Shown here: one piece after another, positions 1 to 11,000 of the stretch
Layout of the letters: every line of letters begins with the position of its first letter
Numbering within the stretch: the stretch's first letter is position 1
Assembly: GCA_964291265.2 (NCBI GenBank)
Contig: OZ219747.1
Span: 3,040,001-3,104,000, forward strand
Direction: 5' to 3'
Source: Alphaproteobacteria bacterium
GTDB lineage: Bacteria > Pseudomonadota > Alphaproteobacteria > SP197
DNA: 64,000 nucleotides
Program-made: the position numbers and the translations under genes
Notes under the pieces: generated by a model
Database searches by the model: none
Seen by the model: only the letters and a program-made list of their open reading frames with translations
What the model was told of the DNA's origin: nothing

Positions 1-41
1 CCATCAGAAGAGCAGGTCAGGATGTCCGACTTTGGCGTGAC

Positions 42-2582
42 CTGCCCATTAGTCACAAACCCTGTCATTACAAGTGCACTTTTGCCACACATTGAGGGTG
101 CCGTGAGGTAAGCGAAAGGTGTGGGTCGAGGCGCCCTTGCCTCAGCCCTCAGCCCGAGATCCAGCGCTTCACCTCGCTCTGGTGGCCGACCTGCCGGGCC
201 CGCTCGACGATGTCGGCGCCGAGCGCGAGGTGGCTGTATCCTTCCCAGACCACGTGGGCACCGGGCGGTGCGTCGTGCCGGCGCTGGAGGTACCCGCCCA
301 TGCGGGCCAGGAGGGTGATGGCGGCGCCGAGGTTGTCGGGCGCCTCCAGGCGGCGCTGCCGGGCAAAGTCCGCGATCACCGCCAGCTCGGCTTCGGAGAA
401 CAGCACCCCGGGCTCGAGCCCCGGCGTCTCGCGCCCGAGCAGGGCCAGGACCGACAGTCTCCAGGCGATGACGGCGCGCAGGGCGACGGCCCGTTCGACG
501 CGTTCCCGCGTGCGATGGGCTCCCGTCTCCACGTCGCAGCCGGACTTGAGGATGCGGAAGAACTCCTCGATGCGCCAGCGCCGCTCGTAGAAGCCGACCA
601 CTTCCCGGGCCTGGCAGGCATCGCTCACCGGCAGCGAGGTCAGGAGCAGCCATTCCAGCGGCTTCGCTCCGTCCTCGGGATCGGCGGTTTCCTGGACATG
701 GACCAGCGACAGGCGGATCGCCCGTGCGCCCGGTTCGGCGCGTCCTTCGGGAACCGGTATCTCGAGGCTCTTCCAGCGCAGGGCGCAGGGAGCGGTGCGC
801 GCGGCCCGTCCGATGAAGGCCGACTGCGACCCCGTCGCCCGCCGTACCGACAACCGCGGCACCGATACCGTCCAGGCCTCCCGGACCGGCTGTCGGCGCA
901 TGCGTTCGAACAGCTTCAATCGTCCCTTGCCGAGACTGCGGTCATGACGGGCCCGCACGAGGATGTGGATCCGCCCTTCCAGGCGCCGCCAGGCCTCCAG
1001 GACCTCGAAGGCATCGCCTTCGCGATCCATGACGGCCACGGCCCGAACCTCGTGCAATCCGTCGATCAGGGCCCCGCTGTCTTCCAGTCCCCGGACCCAG
1101 CGCTGGGTCTTGGTGTCACGGTCGTCGTCGGCGGCGCCCTCGAGCGGCGGCGCATCGAACTCGATCCGTGGCACGCCCAACGGGATGCCGTCCGCCGCCA
1201 CGGCGAGGGTCGTGTGCAGATGCAGACCGAGAGTGCCCTTGGATCCCCGGTTGCGGGAGATCACGCCGAGACCCTCGCAGGCCTGGTGCGTCGCCAGGTT
1301 GATGTCGGAGCCGTCCTGGATCAGCAGCACCGTGTCCTGTCCCTGGATCCGCTGACGGGTCCGCTTGCGATGCGGAGCGAGGATCGCCTGTGCCGAGACG
1401 GCGGCGCTGTCGGGGTGCTCAATCAGACGATCATAACCGGTCACCATCGCTGCATCTCCCCGGGCTGCGGTCACGAAGGTTTTCGAAGGCGTCTGCGCCA
1501 GCAGAGCAGCCGATTGTACAAGACGCCGACTCAGCCGGACATCGCCGAAGTCGGCTCCGGCCAGTTCCTGCTCCGCCCACCGGGTGCTGTCCAGACCCGC
1601 CCACGGCGTCAACGGCTCCACCCGGACCCCCAGCTGCCAACGCCAGTCGGTGCTGAGCGGGCGCAGCCAGACCTGCTTGACCGCCACCGGCCGGCGATGA
1701 CGGTCGCGACCGGCCGTCTGCCCGACCCGGATCCATCCACTCGCCCGGCAGCTGGCGCCGTCGTGCTCGGGACCGACATACGTTTCGATGAGTACCGGAC
1801 GCAGACCGTAGAGGGCCTCGTAGTCCCCAACCACCCGGCGCAGGCACAGGCCGAGCGCCCGCGAGGCGAGGTTGCGGCAGCGCCCAAGAGCCGGCCGGAT
1901 CAGGAAGCGCGCCAGGCCGACGATGCGGTGCCGCCCCGCCTCACACTGCGCCGGGGTCCAGCCGATCCAGCGATCCCGCGCCGCCTGCACACGGGTCGGC
2001 GCCGCACACAGGAAGCCGCCGAGAACCCCCTCGCCCGAGGTCAGGACGTAGCGGATCTGCGATCCCGCCGCCCACGTGCGCTTGCCGGCGCGGTCGGTCA
2101 CCGGCGACACCGCAAGGTCGGGGATCTGCCCCGCCTGGTCCGGGACCTCCGGCAACGGCGGCGCCGGCCGCGTCCGGGGATCCGTGCGCGGCGCCCGGTG
2201 CGCCGGCCCCGGACGCGCCGGCGGCAGCCGGATGCGCCCGGCCCGGTCCAGGGCTTCAAGCGCCGACAGGCAGCTCTGCAGGCGCAGATGTCCGCGCCCG
2301 TCGCGCAGCGCAAAGGCGGCACAGGTGGCGCGGGTTGCGGCCCAGCGGCTCGACGAGCCATCCAGGATCGGCTGCAGCCGAGCCAGGGCCTCGGGTTGGT
2401 CCAATGTTGACCGGATCGGCAGGGGAGTGTAGTCCATGACGATGGGCAGCCTGACAGGGTGCGCTGGTCTTGTCAAGCATTCGGTCCGCACGATCGCCGG
2501 GCGTGCTTCTGGCAGGCGGCGGCAGTGGCGAAGACCCCCTCTCAGTTCACTTGTAATGACACCTTTTGTGACTAATGGGCAG
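42..2582 (-). mobile_element. Complete IS4-family (IS50/Tn5-like) insertion sequence, 2541 bp
   Basis: Terminal inverted repeats: 42-80 CTGCCCATTAGTCACAAAcccTGTCATTACAAGTGcACT versus the reverse complement of 2544-2582 (35/39 identical). Flanking 8-bp direct repeat GGCGTGAC at 34-41 and 2583-2590. Single transposase ORF inside. Confidence 0.93.
149..2437 (-). CDS. IS4-family DDE transposase with N-terminal DUF4338 (DruA-like) domain
   Basis: N-half RDRWIGW...ARFLIRP...NLASRAL...YGLRPVLIETYV...ASGWIRVGQTAGR resembles DUF4338. Tn5-type N-domain WAEQELAGADFGDVRLSRRL. DDE motifs IQDGS, VMDREGD and YERRWRIEEFFRILKSG (YREK). Start taken as ATG 2437; the ORF is open to 2491. Confidence 0.88.
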   Translation of the reverse strand: MDYTPLPIRSTLDQPEALARLQPILDGSSSRWAATRATCAAFALRDGRGHLRLQSCLSALEALDRAGRIRLPPARPGPAHRAPRTDPRTRPAPPLPEVPDQAGQIPDLAVSPVTDRAGKRTWAAGSQIRYVLTSGEGVLGGFLCAAPTRVQAARDRWIGWTPAQCEAGRHRIVGLARFLIRPALGRCRNLASRALGLCLRRVVGDYEALYGLRPVLIETYVGPEHDGASCRASGWIRVGQTAGRDRHRRPVAVKQVWLRPLSTDWRWQLGVRVEPLTPWAGLDSTRWAEQELAGADFGDVRLSRRLVQSAALLAQTPSKTFVTAARGDAAMVTGYDRLIEHPDSAAVSAQAILAPHRKRTRQRIQGQDTVLLIQDGSDINLATHQACEGLGVISRNRGSKGTLGLHLHTTLAVAADGIPLGVPRIEFDAPPLEGAADDDRDTKTQRWVRGLEDSGALIDGLHEVRAVAVMDREGDAFEVLEAWRRLEGRIHILVRARHDRSLGKGRLKLFERMRRQPVREAWTVSVPRLSVRRATGSQSAFIGRAARTAPCALRWKSLEIPVPEGRAEPGARAIRLSLVHVQETADPEDGAKPLEWLLLTSLPVSDACQAREVVGFYERRWRIEEFFRILKSGCDVETGAHRTRERVERAVALRAVIAWRLSVLALLGRETPGLEPGVLFSEAELAVIADFARQRRLEAPDNLGAAITLLARMGGYLQRRHDAPPGAHVVWEGYSHLALGADIVERARQVGHQSEVKRWISG

Positions 2583-2729
2583 GGCGTGACTCCTCAGACC
2601 TGACGAGGTACCTGGGCAGTTACATCATGTTTACCACTTGATCGGTGCTGCAGCTTCGACTTACGGTGCGCGGAACGATGCTCGAGTCTCATTCCCTGCT
2701 GGAGCGAGTGCTTTTCTCGATGTCGCAGG

Positions 2730-5700
2730 ATGCCGCATAAACAAGGCACGGGGCGATTTTCTGTGAGCCTCCGGCGCTGGATGTCGGCCCACCCACTGGT
2801 CGGCGTCTTTCTGGTTGCGGTCACGGCAGCCGCCGTCCTCCTCATGACCCAGGTGGTGCAGGCGCAGTCCGCGCCGGGTGTGACAGTTTCTCCGACGCAG
2901 CTCCGCGTGACGGAGGGCAGCAGCGCAACCTACACGGTGGTGCTGGACGCGGCGCCGTCGCGACCTGTGACGGTGACGCCGTCGAGCGCCCGGAGGGTGG
3001 TGGCGACGGTCTCGGGAGCGCTGACCTTCACGGCCTCGGACTGGTCGAAACCGCAGACGGTGACGGTGCGGGGAACCCAGGACAGAGGCTCCTACGACAA
3101 CACGGTTACGGTGAGCCATGCGGTGTCGGGCGGCGGCAACTATGCGGGGGTAGGGGCGGCTTCCGTGGCGGTGACGGTGGAGGACGACGACCCGCTGTGG
3201 GACACCAGCGCCGGCAGTCTCCCCACGGTGAACGTCTGGGTGGACAACGACGGCCGGGTGTCGGGCGCGTCGTCTGCGACGGGCGACAATGTCGTTGCCC
3301 GGGTTTCGGGGACCAACCGGGTCGCGGTCACCATCCTCAACGAATCCTCCCGTGTGCTCATCAGTGTGAGAACGGTGAGTGACCGCAAGGTTCACACCGT
3401 GGAACTCGGCTCGGCCGTCATCAACGGCCTGATCCAGACCAGCCGCGGCTCGCGGCGCTACGGCGCCTGGATCGACGTCCGTGCCGCCACGCCGAGACTG
3501 ACCTCGGACCCGGACAGGACGGTGAAGATTCTCTGGGGCACGACCACGACCCGACAGTGTTTCCGTCTCCTCCTGGCCCGGGCCGGCACGGTCTACCTAG
3601 ACCGGCAGCGGAACACAGGCATAGGGGGCGATGTCAACACAATACTTGACCGCAGGACTGGCGTCGAAGTGCTGAGCGAGATTCCCGGCGTTCCGACGGG
3701 ACGCGGCATCTTCAGCATATACGTTACTTCGGGCAGAGCGGGTTACGTCTATCAGCAGAGCAACGCCAACGACGGTCCCCTGAGTCCCTGCGTTACCATC
3801 GGGCCGGGCGCGCACACCGTGACCTGGCGTTGGAAGGGCCCGTCGGGTCAGGCCGCGCTGGCCACGACTTCCACGACCGTCACGGTCGAACATGTGCTCG
3901 GCCCGCCGCAGGGTCTCACGGCCTCGCCCGGCATCGAATCGGCGGTGCTGAACTGGACGCGGCCGCCGAGACCGCTCGCGGACAGCCCTCTGCGGACCGG
4001 CTTCGGGTATCAGTATCGGCAGAAGTCGGGTTCCGGTGAGTACGGCCCCTGGACCGCCGTTCCGGGTTCGGGTCTTGCCACCGTCAGCCACAGGGTGACG
4101 GGGCTCGCGCCTGGCGTCGTGCACACCTTCGAGGTCCGGGCGGTGAACGCCGCCGGCGCCGGCCCGGCCTCGGCCGAGGTGAGCGCGACCCCGACAACGC
4201 TTCGCGGCGTGACGGTGGGCACGGGTTCACTGACGGTGCGGGAGGGCGGCAGCGGGGCCTACACGGTGGTTCTGGATGCTGTTCCGTCGGGTCCTGTGAC
4301 GGTGACGCCGTCGAGCGGTGATCGGTCGGTGGCGATGGTGTCGGGCCCGCTGACCTTCACGGCTGCGGACTGGAGCAAGCCGCAGACGGTGACGGTGACG
4401 GGGGTTCGCGACGAGGACACGGCCGACGAGGACGTCGTGGTGAGCCATGCGGTGTCGGGGGGCGGCTATGCGGGGGTTCGGGTGTCGTCCGTGACGGTGA
4501 GGGTGAGTGACACGACGCCGGTTCTGACATTGCCGACGGCGCCTGCGGCGGTGGTGGAGGGCCGGCCGATCGTGCTGACGGTGGCTTCGGACCGTCCCCT
4601 GACGGGCGGTCTGCGGGTGAACCTGACGCTGTCGGACCCGGAGACGAGCGGCTTTGCGGCCAACGACGTGGCGGGCGGTCTGACGCAGGCTGTGGAGGCG
4701 GATTTCGGGAGCGGCGGGAGGACGGCGACGGTGTCGATCCCGACGGTGGCGGACATCTCGGTGGAGGGGACGGAGAGCTATCTTGTGACCCTGAACGACG
4801 GTCCGGGCTATGCGCCGGGCGTGGCGGTCGCCGTCGCCGGCGAGCTGTCCGACGCGCCGCGGCGGCCGGAGAAGCCGACCTCGCTGAGGGCCACGGCGTC
4901 GGAAGACCGGGTGACGCTGACCTGGACCGCGCAGGCCGACCCCTCGATCCGGGGGTGGCAGTATCGGGAGCGCGTCAAGGGGTACAGCAGCTGGCTCCTT
5001 TTCCTTGGGTCGGGGGTCAAAGTGGCCCATGCGAGCGCCGGAGCCGGCGCGGCCGTCAGGGCCCGCACCATCGACATGACCCGGGAATACTCAAGCGACG
5101 GTAGCGTGAAGAATACGGTCAGGCGTGTCTACAACGGTTTTGTGCTGGAGTATCAGATCCGGTCCTGGAACGACGAGGGGGAGGGTCCCTGGTCGGACAT
5201 TGCGGAGGTCGTGACCGTCAACGCCGATTCCGGTGCCACGGTGATCGTCAGCCGGGACGCGATCGCTTTGCGCCCGGGCGACAGCGCCACATGGTCGGTG
5301 GCGATGAACAGCGTCCTCGCCGGAAAGGTCTCGCTCAGCGCCCGCGGCGCGGGCGGGGTGAGGGTGGAGCCGTCGGTGCTGACCTTCGCTGGCGGCAGCG
5401 GTCAGATCCCCCAGGAGGTGACGGTGACCGGCCTCGTCGAGGGCCGCGCCACGATCGTGCATGCATATACGGGGCTGGGGTCGACCGCCGTCAACGTAGC
5501 GAACGCGGCCGAGGTCGCGGTGACGGTGACCAGGAGCGGCGCGATCAGCCCGGTGCGCCCGGCCGGCTTCACCGCCACCGCCGGGGACAAGCGGGTCGTG
5601 CTCCGCTGGAGCGACCCGGGCGACGCGACGATCGCGAAGTGGCAACTGCGGCAGCGCCGGTCGGCAAGCAACATCGCATGGGCTCGCTTTCCATGGACCG

Positions 5701-8072
5701 ACATTCCCTCCTCCGACAAGGACACGGTGAGCCACACGGTGACGGGTCTGGACGGCGGCCGGTCCTACGACTTCCAGGTTCGCGCGGTGAACGCCGTGGG
5801 TCCGGGTCCGGCGTCGGCGACGCGGAGCGCGGTGCCGACGGGGGGCGCGAGCGTGACGGTGACGCCGATCCGCCTCACGGTGGACGAGGGCGGGACCGGT
5901 TCCTTCACGATCGTGCTGAACGAGGAGCCGACCGTCGCCAGGCTGCGGGTGGAAGCGAAGATAGACAGAACCTCTCCGCAGCACAGCTTTGCCGAGGACG
6001 GTCTCTTTTTCGAGGCCTCGACAGCAAGGGACAAATCGGACAGATACGAAACGATCTTTCTGACCTTCACCCCCGGCAACTGGAACATCCCGCAGAAGGT
6101 GACCCTGAGGGGGCTGCGGGACAGGGACGACAGGGACGACCCGATCACGGTCGTGATCGATCAAGGGCCCTCGGGGGGCCTTTGGCACAGATCGAATTAC
6201 CGGGGCATCGACATACCGAACGTGACGGTGACGATTCGTGACGCGTCGCCGGCGCTGCAGCTTCTGTCCGACCCGGCGCCGGTGACGGAGGGGACGCCGG
6301 TCCGCCTGACGGTGACGGCGGACCGGAAGCGGACCGGCACGCTGCCGGTGAACCTGACACTGTCCTCCCGGTCGTTCGGCGGCTTCGACGCTTCGGACAT
6401 CCCCGGCGCTCTGACGCAGACCTTCGAGGCGGACTTCGGCAGTACGCCGAGCCGGACGGGGACGGTGTCGATTCCGACCCTGGCGGATGCGGACACCGCG
6501 GAGGGGGCGGAGGCATACGCGATCAGGCTGAACCCGGTGGTCGGCGGCTACACGGTCGGGGACGACGTCACGGCCGAGGGGGTGCTGAACGACGGCGCGG
6601 CGGCGACCCGCCCGGCGCGTCCGACGGGTCTTGCGGCGACGGCGGGCGACGGGGCGGTGGCGCTCATGTGGGACGACCCGCAGGACGCGACGATCACCGG
6701 GTGGCAGGTGCGCCACAGCGCCATGGTCTCGGGCTGGCAGGGGGCGTCGTGGACCGATGTTCCCGATGCCGGTGCGGGCACCACGACACACAGGGTGACG
6801 GGCCTCGTCAACGACCGGGGCTACCGCTTCCAGGTGCGCGCGGTCAACCCGGCCGGCAGCAGCCTGCCGTCGGACGTTGTCGTTGCCACGCCCAACGCCG
6901 TGCCCTGCAGGATCGGGCTCGCGGGCCTTGACGGCGGGGCCATCGACGCCGGCAGGGCGACCGTTTCGTTCCAGGTCAAGGTGCCGGCGAACTGCGGGCG
7001 GATCACCGACGTGCGGCGCCAGGTCAAGACGACCGCCCAGGAGTGGAGCGACGTGCCGTGGACGCCGCTGGCCGTGCGTGCGGTGCGTGGCTGGCCGAAT
7101 GCCGGTGCGGCGCGCACCGGCAAGGAAACGGCGGAGCTGACCGTTGAGCGGGGACGCCTTGATGTCCGCGTGCGCGCCTTCAACCAGCAGGCCGCCGGGC
7201 CGGTGTCCGAGACCGCATGGGCCTGGTTCGGCGCGCCGGACGCGCCGACCGGGTTCACCGCCGCGCCGGGTGATGGACAGGTGACGCTGACCTGGAACGC
7301 CCAGCCCGACCAGGGCGTCACCGGCTGGCGCTACACCTATCGGCCGAGTGATTCGAGCGAGTGGACCACGGTCCCGGTCGCGGGCGCCGCCACCACTACC
7401 ACCACCGTCACCGGCCTCACAAACGGCACGCAATACCTCTTCCATGTCCGCGCCGTGGGACACGAGCCGGGCGCGGAGTCTGCGGAGACCAGGGCGACGC
7501 CGGCGGCGCCCGGCGCGGTCTCGGTGCCGAAGACGTTCACCGTGGGCGAGGGTGGTGGGACTGCGACGGTGCGGATCACGTCGGCAGCGGCCTTCGGCCA
7601 AAGCGTGACCTTCAATGTCCGCTATGGCGATATATCGGCGACCGGCGCCAGGGACCCGGCGGGCGGTGACTACGACAACGACGCGGCGACATCGGTGACC
7701 TTCGGTCCCGCCGAGACGGTGAAGGACATCGTCGTCCCGATTGCCGAGGACGATCTGGACGAGGACGACGAGACCTTCACGGTGACCGTCGTCGCGATGG
7801 CGGCGCTGCCGGGCGGCCTCGTTCTGGGCAACGCGACGACGACGGTGACGATCACCGACAACGACGCATCGCCGGTGCTCGACGCCATCGGGAACGTGAC
7901 GGTCAATGCCGGCCAGACAGTGGACGTCACCGCCTTGGCAACGGACGCGGACGGCGACGCGGTGACCTGGACCTGGACGCGCAAGTCCGGCGAGACGCCG
8001 GCGCTGCCCGAGGGCACGAGGCTCGACCGGGCGCGCCTCACCTTTACCCCCCCCCCCCCACGGGAGCTCTGA
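2730..8072 (+). CDS. Giant adhesin/autotransporter, N-terminal part (signal peptide, FN3 and Calx-beta/cadherin-like domains), ends just after a poly-C tract
   Basis: Hydrophobic signal ending VQA-QS. FN3 motifs (LTW...YQYR...GL...FEVRAVN). Repeated VTEGxSATYTVVL modules. Stop follows C13. Confidence 0.85.
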   Translation: MPHKQGTGRFSVSLRRWMSAHPLVGVFLVAVTAAAVLLMTQVVQAQSAPGVTVSPTQLRVTEGSSATYTVVLDAAPSRPVTVTPSSARRVVATVSGALTFTASDWSKPQTVTVRGTQDRGSYDNTVTVSHAVSGGGNYAGVGAASVAVTVEDDDPLWDTSAGSLPTVNVWVDNDGRVSGASSATGDNVVARVSGTNRVAVTILNESSRVLISVRTVSDRKVHTVELGSAVINGLIQTSRGSRRYGAWIDVRAATPRLTSDPDRTVKILWGTTTTRQCFRLLLARAGTVYLDRQRNTGIGGDVNTILDRRTGVEVLSEIPGVPTGRGIFSIYVTSGRAGYVYQQSNANDGPLSPCVTIGPGAHTVTWRWKGPSGQAALATTSTTVTVEHVLGPPQGLTASPGIESAVLNWTRPPRPLADSPLRTGFGYQYRQKSGSGEYGPWTAVPGSGLATVSHRVTGLAPGVVHTFEVRAVNAAGAGPASAEVSATPTTLRGVTVGTGSLTVREGGSGAYTVVLDAVPSGPVTVTPSSGDRSVAMVSGPLTFTAADWSKPQTVTVTGVRDEDTADEDVVVSHAVSGGGYAGVRVSSVTVRVSDTTPVLTLPTAPAAVVEGRPIVLTVASDRPLTGGLRVNLTLSDPETSGFAANDVAGGLTQAVEADFGSGGRTATVSIPTVADISVEGTESYLVTLNDGPGYAPGVAVAVAGELSDAPRRPEKPTSLRATASEDRVTLTWTAQADPSIRGWQYRERVKGYSSWLLFLGSGVKVAHASAGAGAAVRARTIDMTREYSSDGSVKNTVRRVYNGFVLEYQIRSWNDEGEGPWSDIAEVVTVNADSGATVIVSRDAIALRPGDSATWSVAMNSVLAGKVSLSARGAGGVRVEPSVLTFAGGSGQIPQEVTVTGLVEGRATIVHAYTGLGSTAVNVANAAEVAVTVTRSGAISPVRPAGFTATAGDKRVVLRWSDPGDATIAKWQLRQRRSASNIAWARFPWTDIPSSDKDTVSHTVTGLDGGRSYDFQVRAVNAVGPGPASATRSAVPTGGASVTVTPIRLTVDEGGTGSFTIVLNEEPTVARLRVEAKIDRTSPQHSFAEDGLFFEASTARDKSDRYETIFLTFTPGNWNIPQKVTLRGLRDRDDRDDPITVVIDQGPSGGLWHRSNYRGIDIPNVTVTIRDASPALQLLSDPAPVTEGTPVRLTVTADRKRTGTLPVNLTLSSRSFGGFDASDIPGALTQTFEADFGSTPSRTGTVSIPTLADADTAEGAEAYAIRLNPVVGGYTVGDDVTAEGVLNDGAAATRPARPTGLAATAGDGAVALMWDDPQDATITGWQVRHSAMVSGWQGASWTDVPDAGAGTTTHRVTGLVNDRGYRFQVRAVNPAGSSLPSDVVVATPNAVPCRIGLAGLDGGAIDAGRATVSFQVKVPANCGRITDVRRQVKTTAQEWSDVPWTPLAVRAVRGWPNAGAARTGKETAELTVERGRLDVRVRAFNQQAAGPVSETAWAWFGAPDAPTGFTAAPGDGQVTLTWNAQPDQGVTGWRYTYRPSDSSEWTTVPVAGAATTTTTVTGLTNGTQYLFHVRAVGHEPGAESAETRATPAAPGAVSVPKTFTVGEGGGTATVRITSAAAFGQSVTFNVRYGDISATGARDPAGGDYDNDAATSVTFGPAETVKDIVVPIAEDDLDEDDETFTVTVVAMAALPGGLVLGNATTTVTITDNDASPVLDAIGNVTVNAGQTVDVTALATDADGDAVTWTWTRKSGETPALPEGTRLDRARLTFTPPPPREL
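4203..7463 (+). repeat. 3261-bp internal duplication, copy 1
   Basis: Near-identical to 11059-14319 (offset 6856), with only a few substitutions such as IAKW/IATW and SNIA/SNTA. Confidence 0.95.
8047..8059 (+). repeat. C13 homopolymer causing a frameshift between the two adhesin ORFs
   Basis: TTTA-C13-ACGGGAGC. Removing one C joins 2730..26619 into one frame reading FTPPPHGSSDTYTMTVTASDG, which matches the internal repeat FTPTAPGAYAMTVTASDG. Confidence 0.92.
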
Positions 8073-8082
8073 CACCTACACG

Positions 8083-11000
8083 ATGACGGTGACCGCCTCG
8101 GACGGTAACGGCAATGCCGATACCGCCACCGTGGTCATTACCGTCGTGCGCGGCACCCCGGGGGTCACCGTGACACCGACATCGCTCCGGGTGTTCGAGG
8201 GGACCAGCGAGACGTACACGGTGGTGCTGGACGCGCCGCCTTCGGGGCCGGTGACGATCACGCTGGGCGGCGCCTCGGGGGATGTGACGGTGAACCCCGG
8301 AGGGCTGAGCTTCACGCCATCGAACTGGAGCGCGCCGCAGACGGTGCGGGTGTCAGCGGCGCCGGACCGGGACAGCAACACCGACCCGGACGTCATCCTG
8401 ACGCACCGGGCGTCGGGCGGGGGCTACGATTCGGTGAGCGTCGATCAGGTCACGGTGTCGGTGATCGAGACCAATGTCGAGATCGCGAAGCCGGTGTTGA
8501 CCGCGGTGCCGGGAGACCAACGGGTCACTCTGGTCTGGGACGCTCATGTGCTCAGCGGATGGATCTACCAGTACAGAGAGGCCGGCAGTGGGGATCAGGG
8601 CTGGAAGCCGCCCAATTGGCGGGGCGATGTCCCCGGCGGCGGCGACGTCACCTCGCATGTTGTCACGGGACTGCGGAACGGCGTGGAGTACGAGTTCCGG
8701 ATCCGAGGCCATCGTTTGTGGATCCCCGGGCCCATTTCGAACATCGCGACGGCGACGCCCTCGCCCGGGTTGACGTTGTCGAGGCATGCGCTGAGGGTGG
8801 TGGAAGGCGGCAGCGCCACCTACAAGGTGGCGCTGGACAGGATGCCGCCGGAAAACGTGAAGGTCGTGGTGGGCGTCTCTGGCGACGTGACGGCGGCTCC
8901 GGACCGGCTGACCTTCACGCCCTCGAACTGGAGCGCGCCGCAGACGGTGAAGGTGTCAGCCGGGGAGGACGGCGACACGGCGGACGACATCGTGACGCTG
9001 AGGCACACGGCGACCGGCGGCGGCTTCGACGGAACGCGGTCCCTGGGCGGCGTAGAGGTGACGGTCCGCGATACCACGCCGGGCGACCGGCGGCCAGAGC
9101 TGACGCTGCCAGGCGACCCCCTGGTGGTGACGGAGGGAGAACCGATCATCGTGAAGGTGCTGTCCGATCGGCACCTGACCGGCAAGGTCAGTGTGAGCCT
9201 GACCTTGGCGCCGATGTCTTCAAGCGGCTTCGATGCGGCGGACATCGCAGGCGGGCTGACGCAGGCGCGGGAGGCGGACTTCGGAAGCGTGCCGGGCCTG
9301 ACAGGCACGGTGTCGATCGCCACCCTGCCTGACTCGGTGGTGGAGAGCATCGAGGACTACTCCATCCGACTGAACGACGGCGCCGGCTACAGGGTGGGCA
9401 GCGACCGGAAGGCTCCCGGCTCGCTGAAGGACAACACGGGAATCGTGTCGATGCCGTCGGCGCTGACGGTGACCGAAGGGACGGACAGCGCGAGGTTCAC
9501 GGTGACGGCGTCGCGGCCCTTCGGCAGGACGATTGCCTTCCATGTTTCCTACGACCGCGGCACGGCGACGGGAGCGGCGGACCCGGCGGACGGGGACTAC
9601 GACAACGACGCCGTGACACGGGTGGTCTTCGGTCCGGCCGAGACGAGGAAGGACATTGTCATCCCGCTGTCCGACGACGGGGATGTCGAGACCGATGAGA
9701 CCATCGTGGTGGTCATCTCGCCGGTCGGGGCGTTTGTCCCCACCGGTTTCGTGCTGGGCAACCGCAAGACGACAGTGACGATCGCCGATGACGACACCGG
9801 CAGCGTGACGGTGACGCCGACACGGCTGCGGGTGCCCGAGGGCGGCAGCAACACCTACACGGTGGTGCTGGACGCGAAACCGTGGGGCAACGTCACGGTG
9901 ACGCCGTCAAGCACCGACAGAGCCGTGGCGATGGTGTCGGGCCCGCTGACCTTCACGGCTTCGGACTGGAGCGACCCGCAGACGGTGACGGTACGGGGGG
10001 TGCACGACACGGACCCCGACGCCAGCGACGCGAGCGTCACGGTGAGTCATGCGATGTCGGGGGGCGGCTATACGGGGGTTCGGGCGGAGTCCGTGGCGGT
10101 GACGGTGACGGACGACGACGCGGCGGCGGACGTTGACAGCCGCCCCTCGGTGGAGGTGGAGCTGAACAATTCGGGTGCGGTGATCGGTGCCCGGGCGAGG
10201 ACACCGCACACCGTCTCCGTCACTCTGGATACAGTAGTCCGTGCCACCATCCTGAACAGTTCTCGCGAGGTGAACCTGTTCATCCGTACCCCGCGCGACA
10301 CCGTGGGACCTTTTTCACGAGAACTGGGAACACACACGATTGAAGGCGAGCTTGCTGGTATCCCCGGCTACATCTCGCGACCGGGAGCGAAATTCAGATT
10401 TGTGTTTCAGGTAGATATTGCCCCGCCGACCCTGGTCGCGGCGGTGGACAGAACGGTGTCGGTTCCCTGGGGCCAGACCGTCAGGCAGTGCTTTGACCTG
10501 CTTGCGGTGAAGCACGGCGGCACAACCTACCTGGAGAGGCGGGCGGGCCGGCCGGCGGTGAGCGCTCATGCCTCGCTTTTGGACCGCAAAACCGGCATCG
10601 TGATGTCGACCTCCGTTCCCGGGATAGCGGAGGGCAGAGGCCTCGCCGACCTCAGCCCCTGCGTCGATCTCGGGCCGGGCGTGCACAGGGTCACTTGGGT
10701 CTGGAGAGGTCCCCACGGCGAGACGATAGACAGGCGACAATCCACGTACGTCACCGTGGTCGCCATCCCCGCCGCACCGCGAAACCTGAGCGCCTCGCCC
10801 GGCCCCGAACACGTAAGTCTGGCCTGGTCGACACCGCCGGCGGCTGCTCCTGGCGCTCGTTTCAGCTACCAGTATCGGCAGAAGCCGGGTTCCGGTGAGT
10901 ACGGCCCCTGGACCGCCGTTCCGGGTTCGGGTCCTGCGACCGTCGGCCACAGGGTGACGGGGCTCGCGCCTGGCGTCGTGCACACCTTCCAGGTCCGGGC

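Noticed and set aside
119-2410. 763-aa plus-strand ORF
   Set aside because: Antisense shadow of the transposase in GC-rich DNA; no recognisable motifs.
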